A stretch of DNA of 64,000 bases. Source: Octopus vulgaris. Lineage: Eukaryota. Shown here in pieces: positions 1 to 13,056 of this stretch. The notes under the pieces were generated by a model. That model had not been told where the DNA came from. It did not search any database and saw only the letters and a program-made list of their open reading frames with translations. The DNA lies in the NCBI GenBank assembly GCA_951406725.2, contig OX597835.1:19530001-19594000 (forward strand). Direction: 5' to 3'. Each line of letters begins with the position of its first letter. Positions within the stretch are counted from its first letter, which is position 1. Both the position numbers and the translations under genes were made by a program.

Positions 1-80
1 GGTCGATATAATCGACTTAATCCGTTTGTCTGTCCTTGTTTGTCCCCTCTGTGTTTAGCCCCTTGTGGGAAGTAAAGAAA
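1..80 (+). mobile_element. SINE family A, 3' part cut by window edge
   Basis: ggtcgatataatcgacttaatccgtttgtctgtccttgtttgtcccctctgtgtttagccccttgtggg matches the tail of the many family-A copies (e.g. 53891-54115). Confidence 0.85.
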
Positions 81-628
81 TGGTTATAACACCTATAATT
101 AGTACTTTAGTTTGACGACAGACGAAGACTTTAAGGGAAATTTAGTGTCCTTGCATACATTTTTAGTTCACATCAGAGTGTGTCCGAATTTACCATGTGG
201 TGTCGGGTCACGATATAAATTATTTGTGTGACAGAGATAATCGAAAGAAGTCCATTTCTCTTCTAAGCGTTCAAGTGAAATCTCTTATTAGGGCCCTCTC
301 CACCTCCGCTAATCGAAGCTTTACCAAAGTCCGTGTCAAGAATCATCTTTTGCAAGAGATTAAATGTTGAAAGCACAGGTATTATTCCCATACGCCCTTT
401 TTAAAGTATCTATTTTTGTATTTCAGTGTTATTTTGTATATAAACACACACAAAAATATATACATGCATATATTCAAGCATACATATACACACACATAGA
501 TGTGCATGTATGTATATGTTTATATGTATATGTACATATATATGTTTGTGTGTGCATATATTTGTATGGTTATATATACATACATATATATATATGTATG
601 TGTATATATATATATATGTATACCTATT

Positions 629-677
<49 letters not shown>

Positions 678-688
678 GTATGTATAGG

Positions 689-1085
689 CAGGGTGCGGTG
701 AATATATTGCCTAAATTACGAAAATATCAAAATAAGAAAGGGGTTGCAGGCCGGGTAGTTGTTAGGTGACCAAATATTAGTGGTGATGTGGTCGCAGAAA
801 TTATGTGACGGCCATGTGTGGCATGGTGCAGAGTCCTGTTGCTAGACATAGGATATTCCTGTAGACGCCCTCTTCAGGGCAGTACTGCCTCTTCCAGGCA
901 CTTGATACAGGCCTCCGTGCTGACTATGAGGCCTTGTGGGAAGATGAATGGAGGCATAACGAGTGATCAATACTGATCCCCTCCAAACACCATGATGTTG
1001 ACTGGATGTTTGATTTCTATCGTTCTCGGTACATGTTTTGGGGACATGGCAAGACAATGGTTATTCTCAATGTTCATCTGTTCGA
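689..1085 (-). mobile_element. Decayed Tc1/mariner (maT/DD37D-like) transposase fragment with probable TIR at 689
   Basis: Minus-strand frames give KHPVNIMVFG, VMPPFIFPQGL, ACIKCLEEAVLP, QQDSAPCHT and NFCDHITTNIWSPN, with frameshifts; cagggtgcgg end at 689. Confidence 0.75.
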
Positions 1086-1571
1086 ATTCGGGTTTCCAGT
1101 CAGAATGCAAAGCAGTACAGCATGTCGTTTTCAAATTTGTGACAGAGTGAATTGTGTTATGGGGATGTTTTTGTTTTTTATCTCACAGTCGGTGCCCAGC
1201 TCACCCTAGAATACTCTGTAGTGGACAAAATCAAAATCAAACAATGCTCATAACATTCGAAATTAAATCCTTTAATGTATTGGTCAACCTGAAAACAAGA
1301 ATAAACTCACTTTCTGAACTGTGTTACTGTGAATCTGTAGAACCAGAACATTCATAAAATCAGCATGGAGTGTACAAACGTGTTAATTTCAACTTAACTC
1401 CCACAGCATTATATCTATCAATTTCGCGTTGATTTAGTTGTGATTTTGTAGAAATAAAAGCATACTGATGTTTCTTTTGGCATTTTTTTCCTTCTAGTCG
1501 GTAATCATCTCTCCCGCTCATCTTGCGTTGGTTTTATTATTTTATTTTTTTTTATCTAAAGCGCACATTTA

Positions 1572-1990
1572 GGCGCAGGAGTGGCTGTGTGGTAAGTAGC
1601 TTGCTAACCAACCACATGGTTCCGGGTTCAGTCCCACTGCGTGGCATCTTGGGCAAGTGTCTTCTGCTATAGTCCCAGGCCGACCAATGCCTTGTGAGTG
1701 GATTTGGTAGACGGAAACTGAAAGAAGCCTGTCGTATATATATATATATGTCGTATATATATATATATATATGTGTGTATATGTTTGTGTGTCTGTGTTT
1801 GTCCCCCTGGCATTGCTTGACAACCGATGCTGGTGTGTTTACGTCCCCGTCACTTAGCGGTTCGGCAAGAGAGACCGATAGAATAAGTACTGGGCTTACA
1901 AAGAATAAGTCCCGGGGTCGATTTGTTCGACTAAAGGCGGTGCTCCAGCATGGCCGCAGTCAAATGACTGAAACAAGTAAAAGGGAAAGA
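1572..1990 (+). mobile_element. SINE family B (tRNA-like head, internal (TA)n, gtaaaagag-type tail), full length
   Basis: A box tggctgtgtgg and B-box-like ggttcagtccc; near-identical to copies at 51328, 51871 and 13937. Confidence 0.9.
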
Positions 1991-2479
1991 GAGAAAAAGA
2001 TTTCCTCAATTTCTGGACAGTAACCAAAAAAATAACATATATCAATGTATCTTGTTTTTGCCTGTCCATCTTATCTCTATCTCTGTCTTTCTGTTTTTTA
2101 TGTATGAGTTTGTGTGTGCGCTTTACACAATTTTATTTCTAGATATTTTGCCAAGGGAAGAAGATCCGGTTTCTAAGCCAAATCTGAACTACTTTGTTGG
2201 TATTTGAACAGTATGAGATGCCATTTGCAATAAGTGGAGGGAAGAAAGTAATTCGGGCCCATGCATATATAACTATACTCACATGTGTATCTCACGTGTA
2301 GACAGGTGCATATGTATATTATTTCAGTGTTTGTTTTTATGCATATGTGACGTTGTCTATGGGACATTCATAATTACAGCATGATATATTATACTCTTGA
2401 TATATGCATGTCAATCTGTCAGAGACAATGACAACACGGCAATGTTTAACATATATAGGGACATAACATAATCTTAGAT

Positions 2480-2639
2480 AATGTCAAGTGTCACATCGTT
2501 CTTGCAACAAGTATTTATATGTTGCGTCAATATAATTTTGTATGCATACACACATACATATACATATATACATATATACATATGTACATATATACATATA
2601 TACATATATATATATATGTATATACATATATACATATAT

Positions 2640-2677
<38 letters not shown>

Positions 2678-2864
2678 GTATGTATACATATATATAATAT
2701 ATATATACATTTGTATGCGTATCTCTCTCTCTCTATATATATATATATAACTATGTATATATTCATATATGTATACACACATATATACACCCATTTATAT
2801 ACTTATATATGTAAATATATATTAATATACATACGTGTGTATACAAATGTACACCTGTATATAT

Positions 2865-2925
<61 letters not shown>

Positions 2926-3045
2926 TAATGCACACGGATATAGGTAAACATATGAGTATATATACGCGAATATTTAAAAATTTGTGTGTGTATACATACA
3001 CACACACGCACACGCGCACACACACACATATATATATATATATCG
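2480..3045. repeat. Compound (TA)n/(CA)n/(TG)n microsatellite region
   Basis: Directly visible. Confidence 0.9.
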
Positions 3046-4491
3046 CATATAGTTTTATTGAAATACGTGAACCTAAACACGTGTTTAGTAAAAAACAATG
3101 CCATAAGCACACACCTATACATCCACACGCGTGCACACACGTTTAGTCCAGATAATGAACAATGGCGCAACACCTTATTACTTCCATACGCCTCTACACG
3201 CACGTCTTACTTCTGTTCCTCATTAAGGCCCCGACAGATCACAACCAGCGCCACTACCACCGCCGCCAAGATAACCATGTTATCCACCATCTACGCAAAC
3301 ACCACCACCACTAAGAACACTCCAGCCGACTCCACTACGACTAACACACCACCCCGGCCTACACCATTGCCACGGATCGTCTAACATTCTGTTTCTCCCA
3401 GAAGCAAACAAAATAGCCGTATCCCACCCTCGTTTCTACACAGCCCCGTTCCACAACCGAAAATCAATATGAACAGATCAAAGTCGAATAGTATCAAACT
3501 AGTATTGATCTTCAGCTTGAGTGGCGTCAGATGTGTATGAAAATCTCCTCAGAACTACCAAATTTACATCTAATCTAGCAACTATTAGCTTCTGTCAAGA
3601 TTTCCTACCTCCAATTCTTTGACTGGAACTGCCATGAAAATGTCAAACAAAATCTTTTGTTTTGGTTAATTACATTTAGAATTATTAATGAGGAAAGAAT
3701 AAGTGTTATAGTCGAACTAGTAATAACGATGGCGCGCTGCGGTTGGTTCTAATGTTGGTGACGGTGGCTGCTACAGTTGCCGTTGTGGTGACCATGTTAG
3801 TTAACTTAGTTTTAGTTAACGTAGTTTTAGCAGTGAAGGCAGTGATGGCCGGAGTGGTGGTTTTGATAAAGGGTGAATTTTGGAGATGGTGGCTCTGTTA
3901 CAACACTATGCTGGAGTTGGGGGGGCGGTGGTTATAGATTTAATACTTTTGTTACTGTATTTTATTACTGTTGTTGTGATGATGGTGAATTAGGTGTATC
4001 TGGTGGAGATGGAAATTGTAGTTACGTTATCGGTGGTTGTCGCGGTTTTGTTGTTGCACATGATGGTGGCGGTGGCGGTGGCGGTGAATATTGCGTAGGC
4101 AGTGGTGGTGTTGGTGGTTGTGAAAGTACGTATAGTGGCAGTGGTCGTTGTGTTACCGGGGCTATATATTTATAGACCGAAATGAATGAGAAGAATCTGG
4201 GCAAGTGGGAGAGCACAGACAAAGAAGAAGAAGAAGCGTAGTAGAAGAAAAAAAAGATCAGGACGAAAATAAAAGAGGAGGGAGAAGAGAAGGAAGTTGA
4301 GCACATTGTGGTTAAAAAGTCTAGTTGTGGTGTTTCCGTCCCTGTTTTATCTTTCGCGAAGTTACTGTTGCATGGCATAAGCATAAATCCTTACTACTAT
4401 AAGCACACGATTCGAAATTTGGGTGAGGGCAGATATTTATTGTTAGTAGTGTGAGTAGTTATTAAATTACCTGTGTTCGTGTTAGTGGCTT

Positions 4492-4725
4492 TGTGGAGGC
4501 TCGTGGGTTTTTGTTAGGGTGTTGGTCTCGTGATCGTAAGATTATAGTTTCGATTCCTGATCCGGGCGACATTTCATTCCAAGTTGCTCCAGTTCACACA
4601 GTTAGCAAAAAAACAGTGATCCTGCAATGGACCGGTGTCTCATCCAGGTGTGGAATGCATAGCCGTAAACGTTGGGAAACCGGCCCATATAAAGTTGGCA
4701 AGCTCGAGCAGGAAATGTTACCTTT
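4492..4725 (+). mobile_element. Degraded tRNA-headed CORE-type SINE
   Basis: gtggaggc start, gtttcgattcc B box, and gttgctccagttcac core shared with the 28496-28838 SINE. Confidence 0.55.
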
Positions 4726-6296
4726 ATCAAATGGTTGTTTTAGAACCTGGTTGATTTATTTTTGCACCTGAAAATGGAAAGCCATTATATTCAGCTTTCT
4801 AGGAGTGTTGTTACTGGTTAAGCTTTCGCGAAGTTATTGTTGTACGGACATAAGAATAATTTTGGTGAATGCTGATGTTGTCTTTGAGATAGTTGGGCCT
4901 GTGGTGGCAATGCTAAACAAGGTTGCTCAAGTGTTGTTCTAAGTGGACATTTGGGTAACAACGGATGTTCTACATGCCTAAGATAGTCTTGAGAAGAAAA
5001 TGGTTGGCACTTAGGTGTGATAACGGTCGCTGTGACCCTAGTTTTATTGGTGGTGTCTATACTAGACCAAGGTGAATTATTATTCGAGGCAAAATTTGAT
5101 TCAGGGACGAAAATACTTGCTATTTCTAGCAAGAAGCACGACCAGGTAATGGCTAATCATTAACTTCTTATTTACAGCCCAGTTTCGTTATATACTATTC
5201 GCATGCATGCTTGTATGTGTGTATGTGCGTGTGTGTAAATGCTTATGTATGTGTAATAATTTCTGTGTGCGTGCGTGCGTGCGTGTTTGTATGTGTTCAC
5301 GTGAGTGTGTGTTTGCATCTAACTTAATTTCTGTGTGCGTCTCTTTATGTATATATAAATATTTATGTTTACATACGTAGAGCATGCATACACACACATA
5401 CACACATACATATGACACTTAAGGCAGTTGAGCTACCGTCGTGTTTCATATGCAAAACTCATCATTTTGATACGATGAGTTGTGTAGAGACAATCCTTCG
5501 CTCGTAGTATATCTAAATTCTGTAATATTCACCCTGGTTCCTATGATACATAGTCTGTGTGGGCCTTCAATATGAGGGAATAAATCTGTATAGGCGTTTG
5601 TAGATTATATAATACAGGTGTTTATTGCTGCAGCTATCTGTACACATTTCTTAATACATACCAATGTATGATTGTATCTGATTTTGTAAACCTGTGGCTC
5701 TATTTCGTGTATGTGTGTATATCCAGGCGTCTGCAGACATGCTTGCGTAAGAGTGATTTCGTTGTAGAAACGGTGCTTCACTTGATAACGTGTGAATTTA
5801 TGACAGGAAAGAAAGAGGTGTTTACGTTTCGGTGTTCCACAAAAGGATCTACAATAAGTGGACGAAATGTTCTATTCTATGATATACGTACATAGTCAGT
5901 TGCTTGGAAACAACTGATTTTCGTACAAAGCATGTCATTCGGGTATTGTTAAGTGTTCTGTGGCAAGTTATCATTTCAACAGAGAAAGAACAAATAAAAA
6001 ACGATGTCGTGTTCTATAGAGTAATCAATGTCATTACCATTGGAATGATGTTATTATATTTAAAGTATGGAAATGTGGAAACACGAAGAGATACATTCGT
6101 AGGATGACATTGATATTGAGATACTGCACACGACAATGTACGCACAAAGTAATTATCATGTGTATGATGGCGTACTAACGGAGCGTCTCCATCAGATAAT
6201 GTGTTGATATGTGGCGTATTGTTAGATATATATACATACACACACATTTATGTATCAGTGTGTGTACGCTCTCCTCTCGCTCTCTCACACACACTC

Positions 6297-6355
<59 letters not shown>

Positions 6356-6367
6356 CTTTCTATATAT

Positions 6368-6885
6368 ATATAAATAAATATAAGGATGGTATTATTAAAA
6401 TACCATCACGAGTGGTAAGCGAATTATCATCCGTTCAGGCAAATTAATAAAATATATACATACAATATTAGATATGTACATAAATAGTTCTATTTTTAGC
6501 GTAGTAGGTACTCATGTAGTACCCTTGTGTATATATGTACATTTTTTTTTTTTTTTTTGTACTTGTTTCAGTCATTTGACTGCGGCCATGCTGGAGCACC
6601 CCCTTTAGAGTGGTGAAAGAGTACAGCAGGGATCACCACCACCATCCCTGCCGGAGCCTCGTGGAGCTTTTAGGTGTTTTCGCTCAATAAACACACACAA
6701 CGCCCGGCCTGGGAATCGAAACCGCGATCCTCCGACCGCAAGTCCGCTGCCCTAACCACTAGGCCATTGCGCCTCCACACATATCTAATATTGTTTGTAT
6801 ATATTTTATTAATTTGCCTGTACGGCTGATAATTCGCTTGCCACTCGTGATGGTATCTGAATACCATCCCTATATTTATTTATAA
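6368..6885. repeat. ~110-bp inverted repeat (arms ~6368-6477 and ~6779-6885) interrupted by a SINE
   Basis: taccatcacgagtggtaagcgaattatcatccgttcaggcaaattaataaaatatatac versus its near reverse complement gtatatattttattaatttgcctgtacggctgataattcgcttgccactcgtgatggta. Confidence 0.85.
6542..6780 (-). mobile_element. Chimeric SINE: family C head + family B tail + poly(A)
   Basis: Reverse complement reads gtggaggcgcaatggcc...ctgtactctttcaccac (C head), then ggtgctccagcatggccgcagtcaaatgactgaaacaagta (B tail), then an A-run. Confidence 0.8.
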
Positions 6886-6986
6886 ATAATTTTACACATT
6901 TCGTTTGTTGCGATAGTACTTGGTCACTTTAAACGAACTTTTGCAGGCATAATGGAGGAGAATTTTAGTAATAATTTAGCTGGAAG

Positions 6987-7047
6987 ACTTTGTCTAATCA
7001 GAAATCAGGCACTTCTTTGGCGCTAAATTTCGAAACCGGTACCAAGT
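6987..7047 (+). ncRNA. Decayed minimal hammerhead ribozyme motif
   Basis: ctaatca (degenerate CUGAUGA), stem II gaaat/atttc, GAAA, palindromic ACCGGT, GUA site, ccaagt partly pairing with upstream actt. Confidence 0.45.
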
Positions 7048-7195
7048 TGACCAGAATTTACTTGTTCTGACCCATTAGAAGATATTATTATTATTGTTCA
7101 CTGATATTTTTTCCTATCATGTCTGTAATAGATTTGTGACTATTCGGTGGTACAGAAGTATTTGGGTGTTCTTTCTAAACTGACTTATTGGAAGT

Positions 7196-7238
7196 CCACC
7201 TGAAGATTGTCGATCAAAACAAGAAACAATTGTAGTGG
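7196..7238 (+). ncRNA. Minimal type-I hammerhead ribozyme
   Basis: Stem I CCAC/GTGG, core CTGAAGA, stem II TTGT/ACAA, GAAA, palindromic ACAATTGT, cleavage triplet GUA (7232-7234). Confidence 0.8.
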
Positions 7239-7325
7239 CGGTTTTTTTGACTATTTATTAAAATTTTATGTATTGATTAAGTCTTTCCTTGTTTGTTTTG
7301 CAAAATAGTGGTTTTGTCTCTAATA

Positions 7326-7446
<121 letters not shown>

Positions 7447-7559
7447 GGAAACAGTAAAAAAGATGACAAAAATGTTGTTGTAACTAGTGATGAAAAATGT
7501 ATCGGTTTTCGTAATCCTAATAAGAGAAACTAAGGGATTCCTTCCGGTCATGTTTGAGA

Positions 7560-8060
7560 AGCTATTGCTAAACAAGGTCTGCTTCAATAGAAAGTCAATT
7601 TGTGGTTTTTGTGCAATTTTAAGGTGTTGTTGCATTTTTCACTTGTTCCAGATGGTCAACCCGTGAAGGCTGTCCTATATGGTCAACAAAAGCAACAAAT
7701 ATATGATGCTTTGAAAGCCCGCTGCTAGCATTGGTTAATTGATGATGCGCACTCATCCAGCATTAAAGTTCCTCGGCACACACTTCATATGTGACGAAGC
7801 ACAAATTTGAGAATGTTGAGATGCTGGTTATGCGGTCTTACCATTCTTACAGTCCAGACTTTGCATCATCATCTTTTCACTTTTACCGAGCCAGGGTTCA
7901 TATCGTGCACGGACTAAGCTTCTACAATATGGAAGTGGTGGGAAGCAGCTGCGCTGCAGGGAATACTTTTAGTCTAAATCAGCCAAATGTTATAAGCGTG
8001 AAATTGAGATTCTTGCACGACGATAGCAAGAGACTACAAAACAATTTTGACTCAGCTTGA
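7560..8060 (+). mobile_element. Decayed mariner (DD34D-type) transposase C-terminal half
   Basis: LVPDGQPVKAVLYGQQKQQIYDALKAR, HSYSPDFASSSFHFYR (cf. HPPYSPDLAPSDFHLFR) and SKSAKCYKREIEILARR; stops and frameshifts. Confidence 0.75.
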
Positions 8061-8700
8061 CTCACAATAACAAAGCCATTTGATTGAAATTAAAATATTG
8101 ATCCAGACTATTTAAGTTATGCAACATTCTGCAGCTAATTGGAAAGTACATTTTGGAGCTTCAATGAGATCGAATTATTTCGATGACTTCATTTGCAGGT
8201 CACTGTTCACAAAAGAGAAATGTACATTCCATGTATCAATTTCGGGTTACCGTTTGTTAAATCACACACACGCGCATAAATATACATATATATAATTGAA
8301 CATGTATATGAATTTTAATAAAAAATAGCGGAATAAACAGGCTACAATCAAAACAATTGATCTGTGCATTATCAGCAAATGTATGTCGTGTTCCATATTG
8401 AACATAATATCATTATATAAATATTATATATGTTCCAGCAATCGCTCAGTAGCTGCGTACAAGCACGCCATAAGACGCGTTGCTTTGAGATCACTGATAT
8501 ATATGTATATATATATATAATTATAATTAAGGGTTAAATGCAACAAGTTGCTCAAAACCACATACCGAAAATATTAGAAATAGCAGCCAAAATTGATCAC
8601 TATTTCCTCTACTAATAAAAAGTCTCCACAAACAAACAGAATTTGTAAGCTGTATATGGCAAAAAAGGCAGAATATAACGAAACCCCAGCCTATGGATTA

Positions 8701-8758
8701 ATTATAGACGACTCGTTTCTGGATTAGAACCGAAGGTTCATTTCCTTGTCAATATAAT
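8701..8758 (-). ncRNA. Hammerhead motif with decayed core inside a ~290-bp (TA)n-flanked element (~8520-8812)
   Basis: Reverse complement: attata-TTGACAA-gga..gaaccttcggttc..tcca-GAAA-cgagtcg-TC-tataat; perfect 6-bp stem I, GUC site, core has 2 substitutions. Confidence 0.6.
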
Positions 8759-8810
8759 ATTTCCTATAGATCTAGAAATGCTAGGGGAAAAACTCACCCG
8801 TTACACCAGC

Positions 8811-8864
<54 letters not shown>

Positions 8865-9600
8865 ATGTGTCTGTGTCTGTGTCTGTGTGTGTACGTACGC
8901 GTGTGTGTTTGTGCACATGCGTATGTGTTTGCATATATATTATATATAGGTTCTGTTATTTCAACACCTTCCGGCTGTATGCCAGTACAATCATGCTCAA
9001 AAGCAAATCGAAAATGTGCACATAAAAATCAAAGAGAGTAAAAAAAAAACACATTGCAATTCTCAGTGCAACGACAATAGATATTGGATTGCATCTATGT
9101 CCTTCAGATGCACATTCATATATAGTGGATATAGTGGATGTTTGCATTATTTTTTGCCATACATATCGATGCTACAGAGCTTGTCAATTACCAGTAGGTC
9201 ATCATGTTGCTAGCTAGAAGCGCTTACATATACTGCTGCCATTGTCCCAGAAATATGTCACAAAATGGTCTTAAATTCTGTTCAATTGCTATTATCTCTT
9301 CCTTCTGCATGCCCTCACTCACTCTCACTCTCTCTCTCTCTCTATCTGTCTCTCTTTCTGTCTTCTTCGTCTCCTGTTCATGTTCTTTCTCTCTGTGCTG
9401 TTTTACAGGCATAATCAAAATTGAAGTATAGCACAGTATCTTTTATGTTGCGTATAAAATGTTTTCGCAGCGACTCACACCTCCATCTTTCATTTTCGTT
9501 CTCTTTCTTTCCTTCTCTCCACTGTATCTTATCTTGGTCATTTATTCGCTGGCCTTTCTGTTTTTATCTCTCCTTATTCTGTTTATTGTTGTTGTTGTTT

Positions 9601-9738
9601 GTATTCAGGTTACTGCTTGGAATCGAACTCGGAATCTCGGGGTTAGTAGCCCGCACTCTTAACCACTACGCCATATGCCCACAGGCATGGGCATATGGTG
9701 TAGATTCCGAGTTCGATTCCAAGCAGTGACCTGAACAC
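9601..9738. mobile_element. Head-to-head palindromic pair of tRNA-derived (Pol III) heads
   Basis: Left arm reverse complement gggcatatggcgtagtggttaagagtgcgggctactaaccccgagattccgagttcgattccaagcagtaacctgaa (A and B boxes); right arm is the same with an internal deletion; 8-nt spacer. Confidence 0.8.
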
Positions 9739-9745
9739 TAGCAGA

Positions 9746-9836
<91 letters not shown>

Positions 9837-9856
9837 TTAATAATAATAACAACAAC
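9746..9856. repeat. (TAA)n microsatellite
   Basis: Directly visible. Confidence 0.95.
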
Positions 9857-9900
9857 GAAAAATACCTTAGGAATGAGAACTCAGGTTCGAAATTTCCCAA

Positions 9901-9946
9901 GACATCTGAAGAAGTCTGGAGGGTATATTAGCCGAAACGTTGTGTT
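9901..9946 (+). ncRNA. Minimal hammerhead ribozyme motif
   Basis: gacat-CTGAAGA-a-gtctgg..ttagcc-GAAA-cgtt-gtgtt; palindromic AACGTT stem III; one mismatch in stem II. Confidence 0.6.
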
Positions 9947-11563
9947 AACAACAAACAAGATGAGGACAAATATCTGTCGAGTAAAAAATAACGTAAATAA
10001 TGTAAATACAAGGAAGCTGAAATAATGTTTATCGCCAATTCAACATTGCTGTCTCGCAGAACCTGATGTTACTGCCGTTTTTAATCCGAGAAAGACACCT
10101 CTGCCAGTTGGTTATCGATGCAATATGCGCCCGGTCCAATATATGTTGTAAGAAGGAGAGCGAACCTCCACCATTTTCCACTGTTGCTAGAACCATCAAA
10201 TCATCCGGTTTCGCGCTGTTTGTGCTGATTCTCAGTGGTGGCAACCAGTCCCCTATAGATATCTGTATTTTGACACTAGCCCGCAATATATTGAAAAATA
10301 ACTAATAACTAGTCACTGATCTTGCAACAAGCAAAGAATCTTGTCAGATGAAAGTTGAGATTAGAGCTATCAAAAATTTGCTTTTAAATATGACGAAGAT
10401 AATAATTGCTGGTTCAGTCAAACTCCCCCAAAACCCAAATATTAAATACGAAACATTGTTGTCATTGATATCGCCCACATCACGAGAAATATTCACTCAA
10501 ATCCGAAATGTCTGAATCTCACAAAAACTTTCGAGATGGCAAATATTACAGGAAAGTTTTACTGAAATTCTTATTCTCAGTATTTTGGTCTCCTTTTTCT
10601 GTCACACACGCTCGCTACTTTGAAATCACAACCATAGTAAAATGTCCAATAGACTGTTGCTTCCGGTCACTAAGTGAGACTTGGAAAATCTTTTATAGAA
10701 CAGTAAAATGCTAAAGAAAACAATGTCTGATAAAATGAAAGCAGCAGCAGAGGATAGGGGTGAGTTATAAGTACTTAAGGATATTGGACATGGAAAACTA
10801 ATGGAAGTGGACTTGCACAAACTGAGACTAATGGAAGATGGACTTGGTCTCAAGTAAAAATTTAATGGACGGAATGAGATTGAAGCTACTAAGTCATGGA
10901 AGTTCAATCCTTAGATATGAAGCAGAGGGTAAATTACGTTGAAGATCGACGGTGTTTAGATCCAAAGACAAGCAAGTTATTTATAAGACATGGGATATTT
11001 CCCCCTAAGAATGATATAGACACATTAACTACCGAGGAAAAGTGGCGGAAGAGGCCTAACTGGGTGCGAACAGTATTGGGCCAGAATTAATCGTGACTGC
11101 TCGTAGATCTTGTTGCTGTTATAGCAATGCCTGACACACTGGCGGTGCGGGTCGCCTTTTTTTTCCTTTTATTTTTATTTTGTTACCTGAGCAGAACGCC
11201 AGCAGGTGATACATCATTCCAAATACATGACATCTGATTCGCCTGTCTTCCAACGTTCTAATCTGTTGTGTATGTTGTCTAAAGAACATTACCTGCGCAG
11301 TCGGTATGGACGATGTTTACTTCCATTGGAACTAGAGGAAAAGAATGACTGTGCACAGGATGGTAGGGGTAGCAGAATGAGCCTCCCGCCTTTTATTGTA
11401 GCAAGACGGAGGAGCTAAGCTGGAAGCCAGGAAGAGATGATGGTCACTGCTGCTGACATACCTGTGATCATTGGATACCGCGTGATGATATCAAAATCCT
11501 CCTGACCAAATTTGCTGTCACTTCGGTGAGTCGAAGTCAAGCACCTTCTACCTGTAAAAAGTT

Positions 11564-11591
11564 ATGAATAATAATAATAACAATAATAATG

Positions 11592-11635
<44 letters not shown>

Positions 11636-11728
11636 TATAATGATAATGATAATAATAATAATAACCACAACAACAACAACGACGACGACAACGACAACAA
11701 CAACAACAACAACAATAATAATAATTAT

Positions 11729-11772
<44 letters not shown>

Positions 11773-11801
11773 TGATAATGATGATGATGATGATGATGAT
11801 G

Positions 11802-11858
<57 letters not shown>
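11564..11858. repeat. Compound (TAA)/(CAA)/(TGA) trinucleotide microsatellite
   Basis: Directly visible; source of the poly-N/I/Y ORFs. Confidence 0.95.
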
Positions 11859-11859
<1 letters not shown>

Positions 11860-12374
11860 GTTTCGTGGCTTCTGAATTTCATTGACTGAAAGTGTAGTAT
11901 TGATTTTGGTGTAAAAAGATTGGCTACAGCAAATATTTTGTTCGTTACCACAGAACCAAGCTTGCCAATTGCTTGATGTTAACCAGTTGAGCATATCTCT
12001 TAGTTGCTGATGGTATGTACATCTCTGATCACCGAGCAGAAATAGTGGGAGAGCATGATAGTCGTGTGTGAGGAATTTTGCAGGGTTTGAATAATTCACC
12101 TCTGGAAACATGCGGGTTTCGTTCATCATCCTGAAACACGTCATTCAGGGACGTTTTGAGTGATATAGTCACTACATGAAGAAAATTGTAACTGGGCCCC
12201 ACCTGTAAGGTCAGGTACTGCTTACCTTGGGATGAGAACACCATGTTACGCACATATGGTTATGATACATGTATCCTGTGTACACTTATCATACGGGTAG
12301 TCATGACGAGTATATTGGGCATCGTGTATTTGCACCCCGGCAACGCTTTGATGTGATTCACTGCTCTCTAACTC
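11860..12374 (+). mobile_element. Non-coding interspersed element embedded in (TAA)n
   Basis: Its last ~200 bp (tgaagaaaatt...cactgctctc..actc) recur at 19046-19242; both copies are flanked by TAA repeats. Confidence 0.7.
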
Positions 12375-12422
12375 AATAATGTAAATGATAATAATAATAA
12401 TAATTATTATTATTGTTATTAT

Positions 12423-12641
12423 TGGCAGAAACGTTAGCGCGCCGGGCTAAATGCTTAGCAGTATTCCCTCTGTCGCTACGTTCTGTGTTCAAATTCCGAC
12501 GAGGTCGACTTTGCCTTGCATCCTTTCTGGGTCGAGAAATAAAGTACCCCTTACGCACTGGGGTCGATGTAATCGACTTAATCCATGTGTCTGTCCTTGT
12601 GTGTCTCCTCTCTGTTTAGCCCCTTGTGGATAGTAAAGAAA

Positions 12642-12642
<1 letters not shown>
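12423..12642 (+). mobile_element. SINE family A (tRNA-like head, Meta-domain-like core)
   Basis: tggcagaaacgttag A box, gttcaaattcc B box, gaggtcgactttgcc..catcctttc..ggtcga core. Confidence 0.85.
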
Positions 12643-12698
<56 letters not shown>

Positions 12699-12970
12699 GT
12701 GAATAACAACGCTAATGTCAGCAGCATTAATAAAATCGGTTTTGGTAGAAATTAGAGCAAAATATATTGATATATGATGATCATGTTGATGAATATGATT
12801 TTCATAAAGATGATGATGATGAGGAGGAGGAGGAGGAGGAGGAGGCGGAGGAGAAGGAGGAAGAAGATGGTGGTGATGGTGATGATGATGCTGTATGACG
12901 ATATTAATGATGATGACTATAAAATGAATTAGACAGTGAGCATAACAGATATCTACTACTGCCACTAATT

Positions 12971-12971
<1 letters not shown>

Positions 12972-13023
<52 letters not shown>

Positions 13024-13056
13024 GCTGCTACTGCTGCTGCTGCTGCTGCTGCTGCT
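12972..13056. repeat. (CTA)n/(CTG)n microsatellite
   Basis: Directly visible. Confidence 0.95.

Noticed and set aside
9601-9680. Possible genuine tRNA gene
   Set aside because: The acceptor stem does not close and it belongs to a palindromic repeat; treated as a SINE-type head.
10030-11555. Unique, relatively GC-richer segments that may be old retroelement coding remnants
   Set aside because: No diagnostic motif could be read with confidence.
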